64,000 bases of DNA from Saprospira grandis (GCF_027594745.1 NZ_CP110854.1:1244241-1308240), one strand, 5' to 3'; shown: positions 18,246 to 29,400, counted from the stretch's first letter. The notes: a model not told the origin generated them from the letters alone. Translations and numbers: made by a program.

Positions 18246-19229
18246 TTAATAGTTTTGGATATGCAAGAGGACCAGCGTTTGGTTGAGCAGCATATAGCCG
18301 ACCTCTCCAAAGGTAAAGGGTCCTTCATAATTGCCTAGCTGTTCGCCATCTAATTTAAAGTTCAGATAATTCACGATACAGTTGCAGGCTGTAATTGCGG
18401 GGGAGTTAGGCATTTCTTTGCGGAAAGCCTGGGGGCTATAATCTACTGCTTGGGCCAAATGGTAGACCTGATCTACAGAAACGGGGGCATAAAAATAGAC
18501 CCTATCTTCCTCTATTCGTTGAATAGTGGTGTTAATCAGGGCTCCAGAATAGTCTGAAATCAGGGGCAGGCTTCCGTCTATGCCCTTTGCCTTACAATAG
18601 TGGGCAAAATTTTGTTTTTCGCCATTGATCAGGGCTTCAGTAGCTTGAAAATCGGTTGATAAGAACTGAATATCATCGCCTTTGCCTTCTTCGTAGGGGT
18701 TATAAATTTCAATTTCGGCATATTGGCTTTCGGGCAATTCGACATGCATGAGGACCGCCCGATTCTTCATTTTTTCTGCTTTTGGGCCATAATAGGCGGC
18801 GGGCAGATGGCTGGGGTCGGCCTCTAGTTGTCGGCCAGTGATCCAGCCTAGAATAGGTTGGTCGTAGAGCGTATCGTATTGGCCAATTTCTAGGGCATAA
18901 GCCTTATGCACCTCTGAAAAAGCGGGCAGTGCGATATAGCTAAAGCCATTTTCGGGCCGATCGGCCAGTAATTGTTCCAGCTCTTGGGCCGAGTAACTTT
19001 TAATTTCGGCTTTTAGGGCCAGATCGCTCAGATTAGAGACAAAAAGGCGGTTAAGATCTTTTTGCGCCCCTTCATTGCTCATAAAGTAGGGGGTGGTTCC
19101 GCCCAGCCATTGGCCGGCGGGCAATTGGTCCAGTAAGCTTTGGCTGCCTGCGATTAGCAGCAATTGGCCGGATTCAATAAGCGCTTGGGTTTCTTTTAGG
19201 GAGAGCAGTTGGTTTTGAAGCTTAGCCAT
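18246..19229 (-). CDS. Conserved hypothetical protein, tandem paralog A (327 aa)
   Basis: ~70% identical to paralog B (LLDQLPAGQWLGGT.PYFMS...AEIKSYSAQE.EQ.LADRP.NGFSYIA.P.FSEVHKAYA.EIGQY.TLYD.PILGW.TG...PESQYAEIEIYNPYE.G.GD.IQFL...INGEKQNFAHYC...GPFTFGE..Y.LLNQTLVLL.IQ). Stop is 7 bp upstream of the STAS gene start. Confidence 0.6.
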   Translation of the reverse strand: MAKLQNQLLSLKETQALIESGQLLLIAGSQSLLDQLPAGQWLGGTTPYFMSNEGAQKDLNRLFVSNLSDLALKAEIKSYSAQELEQLLADRPENGFSYIALPAFSEVHKAYALEIGQYDTLYDQPILGWITGRQLEADPSHLPAAYYGPKAEKMKNRAVLMHVELPESQYAEIEIYNPYEEGKGDDIQFLSTDFQATEALINGEKQNFAHYCKAKGIDGSLPLISDYSGALINTTIQRIEEDRVYFYAPVSVDQVYHLAQAVDYSPQAFRKEMPNSPAITACNCIVNYLNFKLDGEQLGNYEGPFTFGEVGYMLLNQTLVLLHIQNY

Positions 19230-19333
19230 ATCGTTCTGTTATTAAGTTAGGAAATGGCCCGTTGTGTTTATTGTTTGGGATAAAGGTAAAGAGCTAAGTT
19301 CTTCAAAAAAATAGTGGGTTAGTGTAATCTTCT

Positions 19334-20311
19334 TTACTTATCCTGAATATAGAGAAGGACCAGCGTTTGGTTGAGTAAGAGGTAGGCAATTTCGCCAAAG
19401 GTAAATGGCCCCCCATAATTAGCCAGTCGCACGCCATTCAATTGGAAATTGAAATAGATAGAAATGCAATTAAAGGCTGTTTGGGCCTTTTCTTTAGGCA
19501 TTTTATCTAAGAACGCATCGGGGCTATAAGTAATTTCCTTGGCCCAATAATAAACTTGGTCGGTAGAGACTGGGCCATAAAAATAGACTCGATCTTCTTC
19601 CATCCGTTCAAGGTCAATATTGACCAAGGCACCAGAGTAATTAGCGACCAGAGGGAGTTGGCCTTTAATCTCATTGGCTCGGCAATAGTGGGCAAAATTT
19701 TGTTTTTCGCCATTGATCAGGACCTCTGCGGCGGAGAAGTCATTTTCTAAGAACTGAATGCGGTCGCCTTGGCCTTGTTCGTAAGGGTTATAAATTTCGA
19801 TTTCGGCATATTGGCTTTCGGGCAATTCAATATGCATCATGACGGCCTTATTGCTTAGGCAGCTAGCTGTTGGGCCATGATAAACGGCTGGAAACTGTTC
19901 ATCTTCGGCCTCTAGGTCTTTTCCGGTGACCCAACCTAAAATTGGAGAATCATAGAGGGTTTCATATTGTCCAATTTCTACGGCATAGGCTTTATGCACC
20001 TCAGAAAAAACGGGCATAGCGATATAGCTAAAGCCATTTTTGGGCCGATCGGCCAGCATTTGTTCAAATTCTTGGGCCGAATAGCTTTTAATTTCGGCAA
20101 ATTGGGCCAAATTGCTCAATCGGCTGACAAAAAGATGCTGCAGATTTTTTTCTGCACCAGCTTCGCTCATAAAGTACGGAATCGTTCCCCCTAGCCATTG
20201 GCCAGCAGGCAACTGATCGAGTAATTCTTGGCTAGCTGCAATCAGCAGGAGTTCTCCTGCTTCAATGAGGCGGCGGGTTTCTTCTAAAGTTAATATTTGG
20301 TTGTTCGGCAT
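19334..20311 (-). CDS. Conserved hypothetical protein, tandem paralog B (325 aa)
   Basis: See paralog A. Collinear over the full length. Confidence 0.6.
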   Translation of the reverse strand: MPNNQILTLEETRRLIEAGELLLIAASQELLDQLPAGQWLGGTIPYFMSEAGAEKNLQHLFVSRLSNLAQFAEIKSYSAQEFEQMLADRPKNGFSYIAMPVFSEVHKAYAVEIGQYETLYDSPILGWVTGKDLEAEDEQFPAVYHGPTASCLSNKAVMMHIELPESQYAEIEIYNPYEQGQGDRIQFLENDFSAAEVLINGEKQNFAHYCRANEIKGQLPLVANYSGALVNIDLERMEEDRVYFYGPVSTDQVYYWAKEITYSPDAFLDKMPKEKAQTAFNCISIYFNFQLNGVRLANYGGPFTFGEIAYLLLNQTLVLLYIQDK

Positions 20312-20351
20312 GAGCCATTTTGTTAGCGGTTAAGATATGCATGGCCAACTA

Positions 20352-21332
20352 CTATTTTTTGATATCTAGAATGACCATCGTTTGGTTCAGGACCAGATAG
20401 GCGATTTCGCCAAAAGTGAAGGGGTAATGGTAGCCTTGAGTATAGTTTTCTTCTCCGCCCAATTGCATAAAGTTAGCTACACAATTGTAGGCGACTAAGG
20501 TCGTTTCGTTTTTTGGGGGCAGTTTGGCCTTAAAAGCCGCTTGTCGGTTTTCTATGGTTTTGGCAAAGCGGTAAGTTTGGCTTTGAAAAACGGGAGCAGC
20601 AAAACTGACGGCCGTGGCGGCTTCTTCTGCCTGATAGATAGAGGTATTGAGTTGGGCACCACCAAAATCTCCGACCAAGGGGTACTCCATATTAATTTGA
20701 TGCTCTTGGAGATAGCTCAAAAAGTTTTGTTTTTCGCCATCAATTAAACAATCCTCTACCTGATAGCCATCTTCTAGGAATTGGATTTGGGGTCCCTCGT
20801 TTTGTTCATAGATATTCACAATAGAGAGCTCCGCATATTGGTCTGCAGCAAGTTGGGCGTGCAGGGCCAAAAGTTGGTCCGTATAGACCGCTCCATTTTG
20901 GCCATTCACCACTAGTGGTTGAGCGGCCTCGCCCCAAACAATACCCGTTACCCAACCTAGGGTAGGCACATCAAATAGCTTTGGGTTTTGGCTAATTTGC
21001 AAGGCATAATTGGCCTGTACTTCCTGAAAAGCGGGCATCAGCAAATAGCTAAAGCCATTTTCTGGACGATCATCTAGCATTTGTTCCAATTCTTGAGCGC
21101 CATAGGCCTTAATGCTAAAATCTTGAATTTCAGTCGTCAGATCTGTCACAAAAACCTGCTCTCGGTTCAAGGTACCGCCCTCTTCGGTCATAAAGTAGGG
21201 AATGCTGCCACCGATCCAGTTACCTTTGGGCAGGGTGTTCAAAATTGGTCCATCTGCGGCAACAATTAAGGTTCGGCCTTCTGTAATCCATTGGGCACAA
21301 ATTTCGGGGGAAACCAGTTGGTTGTTTTTCAT
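20352..21332 (-). CDS. Conserved hypothetical protein, tandem paralog C (326 aa, more divergent)
   Basis: Shares DDRPENGFSYLLMPAFQEV...TLGWVTG...DGEKQNF...YPFTFGEIAYLVLNQTMVILDI with A and B. Confidence 0.55.
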   Translation of the reverse strand: MKNNQLVSPEICAQWITEGRTLIVAADGPILNTLPKGNWIGGSIPYFMTEEGGTLNREQVFVTDLTTEIQDFSIKAYGAQELEQMLDDRPENGFSYLLMPAFQEVQANYALQISQNPKLFDVPTLGWVTGIVWGEAAQPLVVNGQNGAVYTDQLLALHAQLAADQYAELSIVNIYEQNEGPQIQFLEDGYQVEDCLIDGEKQNFLSYLQEHQINMEYPLVGDFGGAQLNTSIYQAEEAATAVSFAAPVFQSQTYRFAKTIENRQAAFKAKLPPKNETTLVAYNCVANFMQLGGEENYTQGYHYPFTFGEIAYLVLNQTMVILDIKK

Positions 21333-21347
21333 GGGGAAGGGGGGGGC

Positions 21348-21569
21348 TTAATGTCTAAAAATAGCTTTAAGGTCGGCAGCATACATTTTTTCATTTTTGG
21401 CACAATAGGCCCAAAGCTGCTGTCTCGCTTCATTTAAGCTTAATTTTCCTTTGCGGAGCTGTACCTTGAGGCTATTCAGTTTTAGCTGTAGCGACAGGCT
21501 TTTTAACTTGGGCTTAATCCGCTCTTCTAAGAGGGCTGCCCATTCTTCTTCTTGAGGGTCTGCTAGCAT
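21348..21569 (-). CDS. Small hypothetical protein (73 aa), first gene of the paralog/STAS operon
   Basis: Ends 16 bp before paralog C. Helical, charged. No family recognised. Confidence 0.3.
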   Translation of the reverse strand: MLADPQEEEWAALLEERIKPKLKSLSLQLKLNSLKVQLRKGKLSLNEARQQLWAYCAKNEKMYAADLKAIFRH

Positions 21570-21641
21570 AAAATTTCTGATTTAGTGGTTTCTCTCTCAA
21601 TTTAATAAAAAAAGGCTTCTCAAGGAAGCCTTTTTTTATTC

Positions 21642-22358
21642 TTATTCTAGGGGCTCGCACTGCGGCCGCATTTTGTCAATTGTACTTTTTGCCAAATCAT
21701 TGATGCCTTTTAGCTGGCCTTCTTCGGCTTTCCAAAAGGTGGCGCAGGTCTTTAATGGACTGTCACAAAGCATTTTAGACTGTAGTTTTCCTGTACTATC
21801 TTGGGCATATAACCAGAGCTCACAATGCTCATAATTTCCCAGATAAGTCCCTTTGGCTTTGGGCTGTCCATTCTGATAAAATTCTGCAAAGGGCCCATTT
21901 GCTTCATTGTTGCGCATAATCACCCATTCTTTGAGTTGCCCATTGGGGTAGTAGGTTTTCAGGCTATCATCCAAAACGCCCTCCTTATAATAGCCGGCCT
22001 GTTTCAGTTGGCCATCGGGGTAATAATAGCTTAGGGGCCCATCTTCCTGCCCTTTTTCATTATACTGAAAACGGGCGGCCAGTTTCCCATTCGGATGATA
22101 TTGTTTTTCTTCGCCAACACTTAGGCCCGCCTTCATTTTGCGCTCCAAAAGCAAGACTTTTTTGCCCTCTTGTAGGCTATATTCTTTATAAACCCCTTCT
22201 TTTTGCTGCTTGATGGTATCAAATTGGTATTCCATCAATAAATCGGCCTGCTGTTCTGTTTTCCAGATTTTTGGCCCTTCATTTTTTTGAGTCTGCTCCT
22301 CGCCTTGGCAAGCCATAAAAAGCAGGATACTAGCTGCGGCTACAATTTTCTTCATCAT
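21642..22358 (-). CDS. MORN-repeat (YwqK-like) lipoprotein
   Basis: Lipobox LLFMACQ. Repeated motif Y(Y/H)PNGQLK..G.Y..G (YHPNGKLAARFQY, YYPDGQLKQAGYYKEG, YYPNGQLKEW, YQNGQPKAKGTY). Confidence 0.65.
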   Translation of the reverse strand: MMKKIVAAASILLFMACQGEEQTQKNEGPKIWKTEQQADLLMEYQFDTIKQQKEGVYKEYSLQEGKKVLLLERKMKAGLSVGEEKQYHPNGKLAARFQYNEKGQEDGPLSYYYPDGQLKQAGYYKEGVLDDSLKTYYPNGQLKEWVIMRNNEANGPFAEFYQNGQPKAKGTYLGNYEHCELWLYAQDSTGKLQSKMLCDSPLKTCATFWKAEEGQLKGINDLAKSTIDKMRPQCEPLE

Positions 22359-22375
22359 ATGCTTTAAGATTTTTA

Positions 22376-22495
22376 TTTTTTGGGGCCTGCCGCCTTCGGC
22401 GGCCGGGCTGTGTCGTGGCTCGCAGGTCTGCTCGGCCCTGCGGCGCTTGCAGCGCCTGGGTCTGGCCTTCGGCCACCACTATCCATCCCTAGGCC
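22376..22495. repeat. GC-rich intergenic repeat family copy (type 2-like, forward)
   Basis: TTTTGGGGCCTGCCGCCTTCGGCGGCCGGGCTGTGTCGTGGCTCGCAGGTCTGCTCGGCCCTGCG...GGGTCTGGCCTTCGGCCACCACTATCC. Confidence 0.8.
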
Positions 22496-22677
22496 AATTG
22501 ACGCTTAGTTTATTGGGCTAAATTAAGCAAGCTGCTTTTTCTAGAAAAGGACATTTCTGCAAAAAGTTACGTTCTTTAAAAATCGGGGGCTTGACAAAAT
22601 AGTTGTATCTTTATAAAAACCCCATTTTTAGTACTCATTCAATTCACAAATTAGCTATTCCCCAACCCTTTTGTCCT

Positions 22678-23184
22678 ATGAAAATTTACAGTTTTTTTTT
22701 GGGCCTTTTGGCCCTTAGTCTTGTTTCTTGCCAATCTACCCCCAAATCATCTACAAATGATGAGCTGGCTAGTTTTCCTGAAAAAGAATTTGCCAAAGTA
22801 GTAGCCTATGATTATGAAAGCATGCAAGGCGACTACATTTTGAATAAAAATGGGGAGCTCCACCCTTCTGTTAAGGCAGAAAAAGAACTCACGGAGGAGC
22901 AGCAAAAGCTTTTGCTCAGTACTTTGAATAGTAAAAACAGTTATGGGGGCTCGGTCACTCGTTGTTTTTATCCTCGTTTGGGCTTTGTTTTCTACAATGC
23001 AGCCGATGAGCCTGTGGGCCAAGTGAGTATTTGTTTTCAGTGTAATCAGCAGGTGGCTGGGCCGCAGATTCCGGTACAAGAGGCCTTATTGGCCGAGGGC
23101 CAACCGATTGGTTATAGTGCATTGGGCCGAGAGAAGTTGTTGGAGCTTTGCCAAAGTTTAGGCTTTAGCAATTGTAATGAATAA
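22678..23184 (+). CDS. Hypothetical lipoprotein
   Basis: Start ATG at 22678 (MKIYSFFLGLLALSLVSCQ). No recognisable domain. Confidence 0.45.
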   Translation: MKIYSFFLGLLALSLVSCQSTPKSSTNDELASFPEKEFAKVVAYDYESMQGDYILNKNGELHPSVKAEKELTEEQQKLLLSTLNSKNSYGGSVTRCFYPRLGFVFYNAADEPVGQVSICFQCNQQVAGPQIPVQEALLAEGQPIGYSALGREKLLELCQSLGFSNCNE

Positions 23185-23261
23185 CGGAATTAAGAAAATA
23201 GAAAGGCCGTTTTCCTGAGTGGAAAACGGCCTTTTTTTGGTCCAATTTTCTGCGTTTTACA

Positions 23262-23424
23262 GGCGGCGAAGCCGCCGCAAAGGAGCGCAGCGACGCGGCT
23301 GAGGGGCTGTAGCAGGGCCGCCGCAGGCGGCAGACCAAAGCGCTGAAAGCGCTGCAGGGCCGAGCAGACTTGCGAGCTGCGCAATGGCCCGACCCGTAGC
23401 GAAGCGAAGGGGCAGCCCCAAAAT
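23262..23424. repeat. GC-rich intergenic repeat family copy (reverse)
   Basis: AGGCGGCGAAGCCGCCGCAAAGGAGCGCAGCGACGCGGCTGAGGGGCTGTAGCAGGGCCGCC...GCGAGCTGCGCAATGGCCCGACCC...GGGGCAGCCCCAAAA, ending 4 bp from the stop of 23428..24879. Confidence 0.8.
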
Positions 23425-23427
23425 AGC

Positions 23428-24879
23428 CTAATCTACTGGCGTAAGCAGTCCTTCATTATTGGTTTTGATGAGGCAAACCATGGCGTTGGTGGCCACATTC
23501 ATGGTACCCGTCATGAGATAGCCCTTGAGTTCTCGGCGGGTGGTACCGGGCACCAACTCGCGGATAGGCATGACCGTTCCGGCTTGGTTACCGGCTAGGG
23601 CCTGGCTACCATTATTGACAGAAGCGCGGCCAAATTGGCGAATTTCGCCATCCCATTCTGGGGTAAGATTGGGGCCCACCTTAGCCATAACGAGTTCATC
23701 GCCAAAATTGGCATCATCGTATTGGTAGACAGCACTGATGACAAAGCTCGGTTCACTTCCAGAGACATCGGAGGGAACCAAAGCGATACTTCCGGCCAGG
23801 AGATCCTCGCTAGTATTGCTAAAGCCGCCATTTGTTTTACCTAGATATCGGCGTTGAATTTCTCCTACGCCCTCATCGACTTGAAGGAGGAGGAGATCGC
23901 CTTCATTCACTTCATTTCTAGTGGGGTCTCTATTTTCGACATGGCTCAGAATCGTAATTCTGGCGTTTAGCGAATCGTAGCAAGAGCCGCCGGCCACCAA
24001 AAACATATCTTGGCCGCCAAAACTTTGTTGAGAGACCTCGCTACCCGAAGAGGCGCGGAATCGGATCACGAGAATATCGGTAGTAAAATTGGGGTTGGTG
24101 GGTGTCCCGTTTTCCTCATCTCGTTTTTCGGCGGTAGCGGTGACTACATAAGCGCCATTGAGAACCTCTACAGAGGCGGCGCGATCTTCACCGACAAATC
24201 CACGGACAGAGCGCCAGATGATATTGCCATCTAGGTCTAGGCGCATAAGGAGCACATCTGTTTTATCTAGGGCCTGATAATCTTGGTATTCGGGTTTACC
24301 GATATAGACATCGGTCGTTTCTCCGGCCAAGACAAAGCCCCCATCGGGAAGTTCCTTAATATCATAGACAAAGTCCTTATAAATTTCTGAAGAGCCTAGG
24401 GTAGCGCCATTGAGCAAGACTTTTTCCCAGACCACATTTCCTTCTAGGTCTAATTTATAGAGCACGATATAAGTGGCATCTAGGGTAGATTGGCCGCCCA
24501 CCGTCACCACGGTAGTTCGGTTACCGGCTACGAGGTAGCCAGACTCATCGGAGAGGACCAGCACGCGGTGGCCGGTTTCTTCATAGCCATTACTTTCGTC
24601 GCCAAAAGTTTTGCTCCATTCCTCATTGCCCAGAGAATCTGTTTTAATGAGGTAGAAGTCATTGTAGCTAGCGGAATTGACAAAAGCGTTAGAAGAGCCA
24701 AGGATAATAAAGCCTTTATCGGCTGTTTCCTTAACGTCTTTTCCGATTTGGTCATTTACATGTCCGTAGTACTTAACGAAAGCATCTTCTTGATTGGCGG
24801 GAGAGATATTCTCTTTTTTGCAAGCGCTAAGGCCCAGTAGCAGGAGCATACAGCTAGCGAAGAAATACTTATTGATCAT
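23428..24879 (-). CDS. Hypothetical secreted lipoprotein (beta-rich, possibly a beta-propeller)
   Basis: Lipobox LLGLSAC. 483 aa with repeated G-x-D/G-x-Y beta-strand-like segments. No family assigned. Confidence 0.5.
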   Translation of the reverse strand: MINKYFFASCMLLLLGLSACKKENISPANQEDAFVKYYGHVNDQIGKDVKETADKGFIILGSSNAFVNSASYNDFYLIKTDSLGNEEWSKTFGDESNGYEETGHRVLVLSDESGYLVAGNRTTVVTVGGQSTLDATYIVLYKLDLEGNVVWEKVLLNGATLGSSEIYKDFVYDIKELPDGGFVLAGETTDVYIGKPEYQDYQALDKTDVLLMRLDLDGNIIWRSVRGFVGEDRAASVEVLNGAYVVTATAEKRDEENGTPTNPNFTTDILVIRFRASSGSEVSQQSFGGQDMFLVAGGSCYDSLNARITILSHVENRDPTRNEVNEGDLLLLQVDEGVGEIQRRYLGKTNGGFSNTSEDLLAGSIALVPSDVSGSEPSFVISAVYQYDDANFGDELVMAKVGPNLTPEWDGEIRQFGRASVNNGSQALAGNQAGTVMPIRELVPGTTRRELKGYLMTGTMNVATNAMVCLIKTNNEGLLTPVD

Positions 24880-24902
24880 AGTTTTCTAATTTAGGTGAAA
24901 AG

Positions 24903-26297
24903 TTAATTCCCTTTAATATCTGAGGCTTTATCTTTGATTTCGTCAATCACCTTAGAGCTAGCGCGACCACGGCGAACATCTTCGATGATACCGGGTTGAT
25001 CTCTTTCGAGTTCGCGAACGAAGCTATTGAGTTCTCGTTTTAGTTCGGAGTCTGTAGTTCGTTTAGCATTTCGTTTTTCCTTCTTGATAATTTTATTGAG
25101 TCGGCGATTGATATAAACTTCGTTGTACTGTCGTTTTTTTCTGGGTTTGTAGAAAGACTTTTCGAAGCCGATAGTTAGTGAATAATTATCCATACGGAAG
25201 TCATTATCTACATGTCCATATTCGTAGAGCAATTCTGGATTGCTATAGCGATTTTCTCTATTGACGGAATTCATCAAAAAGCGGTTGTATCGGGCTTCGA
25301 TAATAACGAAATCGTGTCCTAGGCGAATTTTTGCGCCAGCGCCAGCGAGTAGAGAGACATTAAAGCCTTCTCTTAGGGAGAGGCGGTCGGCTTCTCCGGC
25401 TTGAGTTTCGGCAGAGAGGCCAGATCCGGCAATAACGAAGCTACGTTCGCCACCGACTACGGCTCCACCACCATCAGATTCTCGGGTTGTATTTCTTTGG
25501 ATATTGACCACACTAGCAGAGAGCAAGAAATTGGGTGCTCCACCGATATAAGCGTAAGGGATGACCTTTTTGTAGCGTTTGAAATAGTGCTCATAGCGTA
25601 GCATTAGGGGAATATCGATCCAGTACTGTCGTTCATCAAACTGCAGGCTAGAGTATTGCAGTGTATTTTGGGCGGGGTTTTGCAAACCTGCCGAGAGGAA
25701 CATACTATCGATAGCGCGATAACTTCTGAGGGCAAAATTACCTTCTAGAGCGAGCGTAAAGTCTCTCCAGATAGGCATTTCTACACCGATAGCGCCAGAA
25801 AAGCCCAGTACAAATTGGTTATAATTTTCTGCTCGATAATTATTGTTATCTACATTATAGGTTTCTAGCGTTTGCAGGCGAGTATTATTGGCGCCAATAT
25901 TTCCATAAATAGAGACCAGCGGTTTATGTCTATACGTTCTAGAGAGATAAATCAGGTCATAAGAATTATTGGGATTCAGCGAATCTGCCTCATAGAGGGG
26001 GTTAATTTTGAGGAGTTCTTCAAAGGATCGGGTAGCATCATCTAGGTCATTACGGAAGAGGTAGCTTTCGGTCAGTAACTTATACCCTTCTTCTCTTTTT
26101 GCTTTAACGGGAAAAGCTTTCTTATTCGCTAGGCAATCTCGGATCAGGTCGCCCACCTCTTCTAGCTGCCCTTCTTCATAGGCTCTTTTAGCCTCATCTA
26201 AATGGTCATTACAGAGGTCCTCGTCTAGTGATTGTGCAGATAAGACTTGAGGGCTGAGGGCTAGGGCGACAGCGGCCCAAAGCAATTTTAGTTTCAT
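24903..26297 (-). CDS. Putative outer-membrane protein (helical N-terminal region, beta-barrel-like middle region, basic C-terminal tail)
   Basis: Probable start ATG at 26297 (MKLKLLWAAVALALSPQVLSAQ signal). Middle segment has OM beta-barrel-domain-like alternation (GFSGAIGVEMPIWRDFTLALEGNFALRSY...YAYIGGAPNFLL). The K/R-rich C-terminus is unusual. Confidence 0.45.
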   Translation of the reverse strand: MKLKLLWAAVALALSPQVLSAQSLDEDLCNDHLDEAKRAYEEGQLEEVGDLIRDCLANKKAFPVKAKREEGYKLLTESYLFRNDLDDATRSFEELLKINPLYEADSLNPNNSYDLIYLSRTYRHKPLVSIYGNIGANNTRLQTLETYNVDNNNYRAENYNQFVLGFSGAIGVEMPIWRDFTLALEGNFALRSYRAIDSMFLSAGLQNPAQNTLQYSSLQFDERQYWIDIPLMLRYEHYFKRYKKVIPYAYIGGAPNFLLSASVVNIQRNTTRESDGGGAVVGGERSFVIAGSGLSAETQAGEADRLSLREGFNVSLLAGAGAKIRLGHDFVIIEARYNRFLMNSVNRENRYSNPELLYEYGHVDNDFRMDNYSLTIGFEKSFYKPRKKRQYNEVYINRRLNKIIKKEKRNAKRTTDSELKRELNSFVRELERDQPGIIEDVRRGRASSKVIDEIKDKASDIKGN

Positions 26298-26382
26298 AAT
26301 AAAAAGCGAATTAGTAATTATTAAACTCGAACTCATTTTGGAGACGGCAAGCCTCTGGGCTTGGCAAAGGAGTGGATAAAGC

Positions 26383-26421
26383 CTAAAAAAAGGGGAAAGC
26401 TAGCCCGGCTAGCCCTCCCCT
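26383..26421 (-). terminator. Rho-independent terminator downstream of the STAND NTPase gene
   Basis: GC hairpin GGGGAAAGCTAGCCCGGCTAGCCCTCCCC (26392..26420), followed on the minus strand by a U-run (plus-strand AAAAAAA at 26385..26391). Confidence 0.5.
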
Positions 26422-26450
26422 GGCTCTATCTTTAGAGGTATATTATTGTA

Positions 26451-29400
26451 TTAGTCCCCTTGTTGATATTCATTACCACAGGTAGAAAGGGGAACGCGTT
26501 CGCCTTCTGCAGTAATAATATACAGGCGTTGGTTACGTGGATCTCTTTCGGGATCATCTGTACCGATATATTTCTTCCATTCTTTATTAGAAAGGTTGCG
26601 GCGCACCATAGCGCAGAGTTGGCTAGCATAGCGGAACATATCCACCTCATAGATTTTCACTTCTCCATTAGCGCAGCCGGTAAGGACTTTTTGTCCATCA
26701 TGTGTAAAGGCCACAGAAAGGACCCAATCTTCATGATCTTCTAGGCGAACGGGCTGGAACTTAGGATCTTTGAAGGGGAACTCCTCTTCATTATCATAAT
26801 TCTCATAAGCTTGATTCCAGATTTGCCAAAGTGTAGCTCTTTTATCGAGGCTACCCACCACGAGCATAGTTCCATCATCAGAGAAGCTGAGGTCACTAAT
26901 TTTGGCGCTATGATAAACGAGGCGTTCGGGAATATAGCGGTTACCGTCTTGGTCTAGACCATTTTTGTAGTGATAGATATCAAAGATGAGCAAAGAGCCA
27001 TCTTGGTAGCCTACAGCAACAAATCGGCCAGTGGGGCTAATGGCTACAGCGGTAGCATTGCGTTTGTTGTAGGGATTTTCTAGTTTAAAATCCTCTTGGC
27101 CTGACTTAATGTTCCAGATAGAAACATCAGGAGATCCTCCAGCGCCAGCCACATGTTGTCCATCGGCAGAAACGGCAATAGAAGTCACTCGGTAAGGCGT
27201 ACGTTCTACAATAGGAGTTACTTCTCCTTTCATATTGGTATACTTGATACTGCGGTCATCTCCGGCAGAGATCACGGCATTACCCGTAGGCAAGAAAGCG
27301 AGGTCCCAAACGCGGCGGCCACGGTGAACGTCTACCTTAAGCATGCGTTCTTCTTTGGCCACATCCCAAATTTCCATATAATCTTCATCGCCAGCACGGA
27401 CCAAGAACTTTCCTTCGGCATTCATATCCATACAACGATAAACTCGGTTGTTGCGGTTGCGGGTAAGCACCTGCGGAGCGCCTGCTGTTCTTTGTTCCTC
27501 TTTGCTATCAAAAACCTGTAGAGGCCATTTAAACAGCCAGCCATCAGAACCAGTAGTATAAACTTTTTGGTCAAATTCTCCTTCTGCGGTAGAGACCACA
27601 ATAGAGCGCATGGCACCAAGGTGAGAGAGGCCATCAGGCGCTACATTCAAACTATTAAAGTCTGGGTTATCTCCTACCCCTTGCATTTTATCTATAGCCT
27701 TATAAAGGGCTTCATAGATATAGGCATCATGTTCTTTTCCACCATTTACCCGATTCAGCTCAAAGGCTTCTTTCGCCAAAAGTGCTTCTAGGTCGGGTTC
27801 TTCTACTTTCCAAGACTTTACCGCTACAGACTGGGCCAAAGAAAGGCCTTTTGTCATAATCGCCTTAAGGCGTTCTTCTTGGGCTCTGCGTTCTGACTTC
27901 ATGGCATCTCGGCGAGCTTGTTCGGCCTTGAGCTTAGCAATTTCTGCTCTTTGGCGTTCCAATTCTGCCGTATCCAGAGCGATTAGAGCCTTTGAGCGAG
28001 CTTGGTTGGCGGCTCTAGACTTCAACTCAGCAATATCTGAAGAGCGAATCGCTTTTTCGGTAGCCTGACGGGCCAAGAAACTTTCTCTTTGGGCACGATT
28101 GGCATTTACCTTGGCCATATAGCGACTCTCATTGGCTCTTTGCTTGGCTATTTCTGCCTGATAAGCAGCTAGGCGAGCCTCTTTTTCTTTGCGGCCAGCC
28201 ACCTGAGCCGATCGGCGGGCACTATCTAGGGCCACACCGGCCAAAAGCAAAAGAATAAGACAGATGGCGCCAAAGCCCAAAGAAAGATAAGTAATCAGCA
28301 TACGGGTTTTCCGTTTGCGGTCATCATCTTCCTTCTTATCTCTAAGTTTTTTATCTGAAGCTTCATGACTTTTCAGTAAAAAGTCAATCGTTTCATCATA
28401 AGTAGTATTGTATCGAGAAGCCCAAGCCTTGGTAGGCGCTAGGCGATCGGGGTGCTCCTCATCATAGGTATGGGGTTCATACCATTTGAGGCCCAAACTC
28501 AATTCGGGTTCTACCCAAAGGGCGCCTTTTCCTTCAAAGTAAAGAGCGGCCGCAGTAGATAGGCGAGTATAGGTTTCGGCTGCCTCATGCTCTTCTTCGG
28601 CCCAATGCGCCAAACGGTCCCAATAAGAAATTAAGCTTTCATGCGTAATACTAATTACGGTGTCTAGCTCCAAATCATCCCGATTTGGGGGCGCCTGCAA
28701 AAAGCGGCGGTCCGAACGAGAGAAAGCCACAATAACCGGAGCCAAACTCTCTATACTTTGATCCGTCAACTTGCAAAGTTCGCCTACAGTAGCTACCCTA
28801 CGGCTAGCCGAACCATCGGCATTGCGCTCAGAAAGCGCCCGAAACATTCGTTGACAAGTAACTTTTTGCTCTTCTGTTTTAAGCTTATTATAGGCCTCCT
28901 CGGCATGCACAGAAAGCGCCTCCTTGATGGTCCCTACATTCTCATAATGCTTAATCCCCAAAGGAAGGCTAGGGTCAGAATCGACCTCCACCCAATTGTC
29001 CCAAACGCGCATCATCAAATGCTGCAAACGAGGCAAATCGTCAAAGTCTTCTCCAATATCAGCAATCATCCGGCTCACTAGGTCTGGAGCAATGCTTGCC
29101 CCCACAGCCTTAACCGGCATAATCATCACCTTCTTGAGCTCTTCTACCTTCATTTTTGGAATCAGAAACTGCCCATCGTTAATCGCCTCGGGCAAGCCTC
29201 TAAAATCCGTACAACGCCCAATATAATCCGAGCGCATAGTCAATACAATATAAATAGGCGCTTCGCGCTGCCTAGATGCATTGAGCAGTAAATTGACAAA
29301 GGTAGCCGCATCTTCCTGAGCGGCTGAAGAAGTCTTTGCAAAGGCAAAAATCTCTTCAAATTGGTCAATGACCACCATCAAATTGGCTCGCTCTACATCC

